Origin: Microcystaceae cyanobacterium
Lineage (GTDB): Bacteria; Cyanobacteriota; Cyanobacteriia; Cyanobacteriales; Microcystaceae
Reading direction: 5' to 3'
DNA length: 28,213 bases
Assembly: GCA_041746575.1 (NCBI GenBank)
Contig: JBGTGT010000134.1
Coordinates: 1 to 28,213 of the forward strand
This document shows, piece by piece, positions 27,366 through 28,213 of this stretch. How positions within the stretch are numbered: position 1 is the stretch's first letter; each line of letters starts with the position of its first letter. Made by a program: the position numbers and the translations under genes. The notes under the pieces are model-generated. The model saw nothing but the letters and a program-made list of their open reading frames with translations. It had not been told where the DNA came from and did not search any database.

Positions 27366-28073
27366 TTAACCACCGAAGACAACTGCGTCGGGAATTTCGT
27401 AACGTTCCTTACCAATACGAATCATAAAGAGATCCCCTTCTTTTGATGCGCTGAACTCACCAGGATCTGCTTGACTGACATCCGCCCCGATCGCCTTACC
27501 ATTCTTAAAGAAGATCACGCGACTACGGCCATCAGATTTCTTGACGGTTACATTCGCCGTACCATTGCCTTGACGAGTAACACCAAACGGACAAGGTCCT
27601 GTCGGTTGTCCATTTCCCATCGAACAGGGGATATTACCTGTAGCATGATAGTTTGTGCCAGGGACTTTGGCATCGCCTTGAGTGTTGCCAACAACAGTGA
27701 TTTTCAGGCGGTAGTTAGCGACTTCATTGTCACGTGCAGCATTCCGATACAGAAAAACTTGTATTAAATAATCGCCTGTGGAGGGAAGCGTCCCTTCAAA
27801 AACGTTGTCGTTCTGTTCCCCAATTGCCATCGCCGCGTCCTTGCCGGGAATTTTGCCGGGGGCGAAGATATTGAAATAGTTGCTGCCGTTATCGCTATTT
27901 AAGCTAACAGCCATCGTTTGTCCAGCATTGGCTCGGATCAGGTAATGAACCGTTTGTTCTCCCTTGATCTTGCCTTGAATAGTTGTGCCTGATGTGCCTG
28001 ATTGAAATTGCACCCTTTCCTTGCGAACTTCGCTGAGGGCAGGAGTCGGCAGGGTGATAGGGGTGGTAATTAG
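27366..28073 (-). pseudogene. PliG-like (g-type lysozyme inhibitor) two-domain exported protein, 5' end removed by IS701 insertion
   Basis: VQF..G.....GKIKG....Y...A.AGQ...LP.TGDY...V...RNAAR......Y.L.I matches the PliG pattern; upstream in-frame LITTPITLPTPALS-EVRK looks like a signal-peptide remnant ending at the IS. Confidence 0.65.
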
Positions 28074-28213
28074 GCTCTACAGTTGTAGATAGAAATTAGG
28101 GGGCTTGGGCACGTTTGCAGTAGTGATAATAGCGAGCTACAGCCTGATGGGTTCTGCGCCAAAATGACCAATGCAAGATCGACTCTAAAGACCAGATGCG
28201 GGGAAACAGTAAT
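28074..28213 (-). mobile_element. 3' end of IS701-family element (transposase C-terminus, stop at 28096-28098)
   Basis: LLFPRIWSLESILHWSFWRRTHQAVARYYHYCKRAQAP* followed by ATCTACAACTGTAG, then host CTAA; boundary uncertain by about 6 bp. Confidence 0.82.

Noticed and set aside
2591..27767. Short shadow ORFs in the track (2591, 3017, 4764, 7448, 10374, 12628, 17235, 17749, 19602, 19857, 21043, 22165, 22604, 22798, 24655, 26559, 27471)
   Set aside because: Antisense or out-of-frame overlaps of well-supported genes, with no recognisable motifs
1..28213. Composite transposon bounded by the two terminal IS ends
   Set aside because: The ends belong to different families (ISAs1, IS701) and the content is core housekeeping; more likely assembly breaks at repeats

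Overview
AT-rich (roughly 39% GC by eye) cyanobacterial chromosomal segment, Chroococcales-like, judged from psaK, nblB, nblR, DUF29 genes and at least 11 HIP1 GCGATCGC octamers. The window runs from the 3' end of an ISAs1-family element to the 3' end of an IS701-family element, so it is probably a contig broken at repeats. Most of it is housekeeping: HI0933 flavoprotein, an orphan HIP1-type C5 methyltransferase, rsmD, trpA, nblB, nblR, lptC, a NYN/LabA-like gene, metG, a GT4 glycosyltransferase, trpF, psaK, map, cobQ, a ferredoxin, tsaE, yvcK and an SDR. The most interesting region is 25.0-26.75 kb. There a TrcR-like ribbon-helix-helix repressor is divergent from a promoter overlapped by a palindromic operator. 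That promoter leads into a ~350-nt structured, terminated leader with a tRNA T-loop/ACCA-like hairpin, then an HNH protein lacking its catalytic His, then an Alr0857-family gene. This is a candidate translation-stress ncRNA/dead-nuclease module. Features missing from the ORF track include two copies of an IS982-like MITE with target duplications, a small hydrophobic ORF, DUF29 and IS1 relics, and a PliG-like gene cut off from its N-terminus by IS701. All family assignments come from motif recognition and memory; no searches were run.
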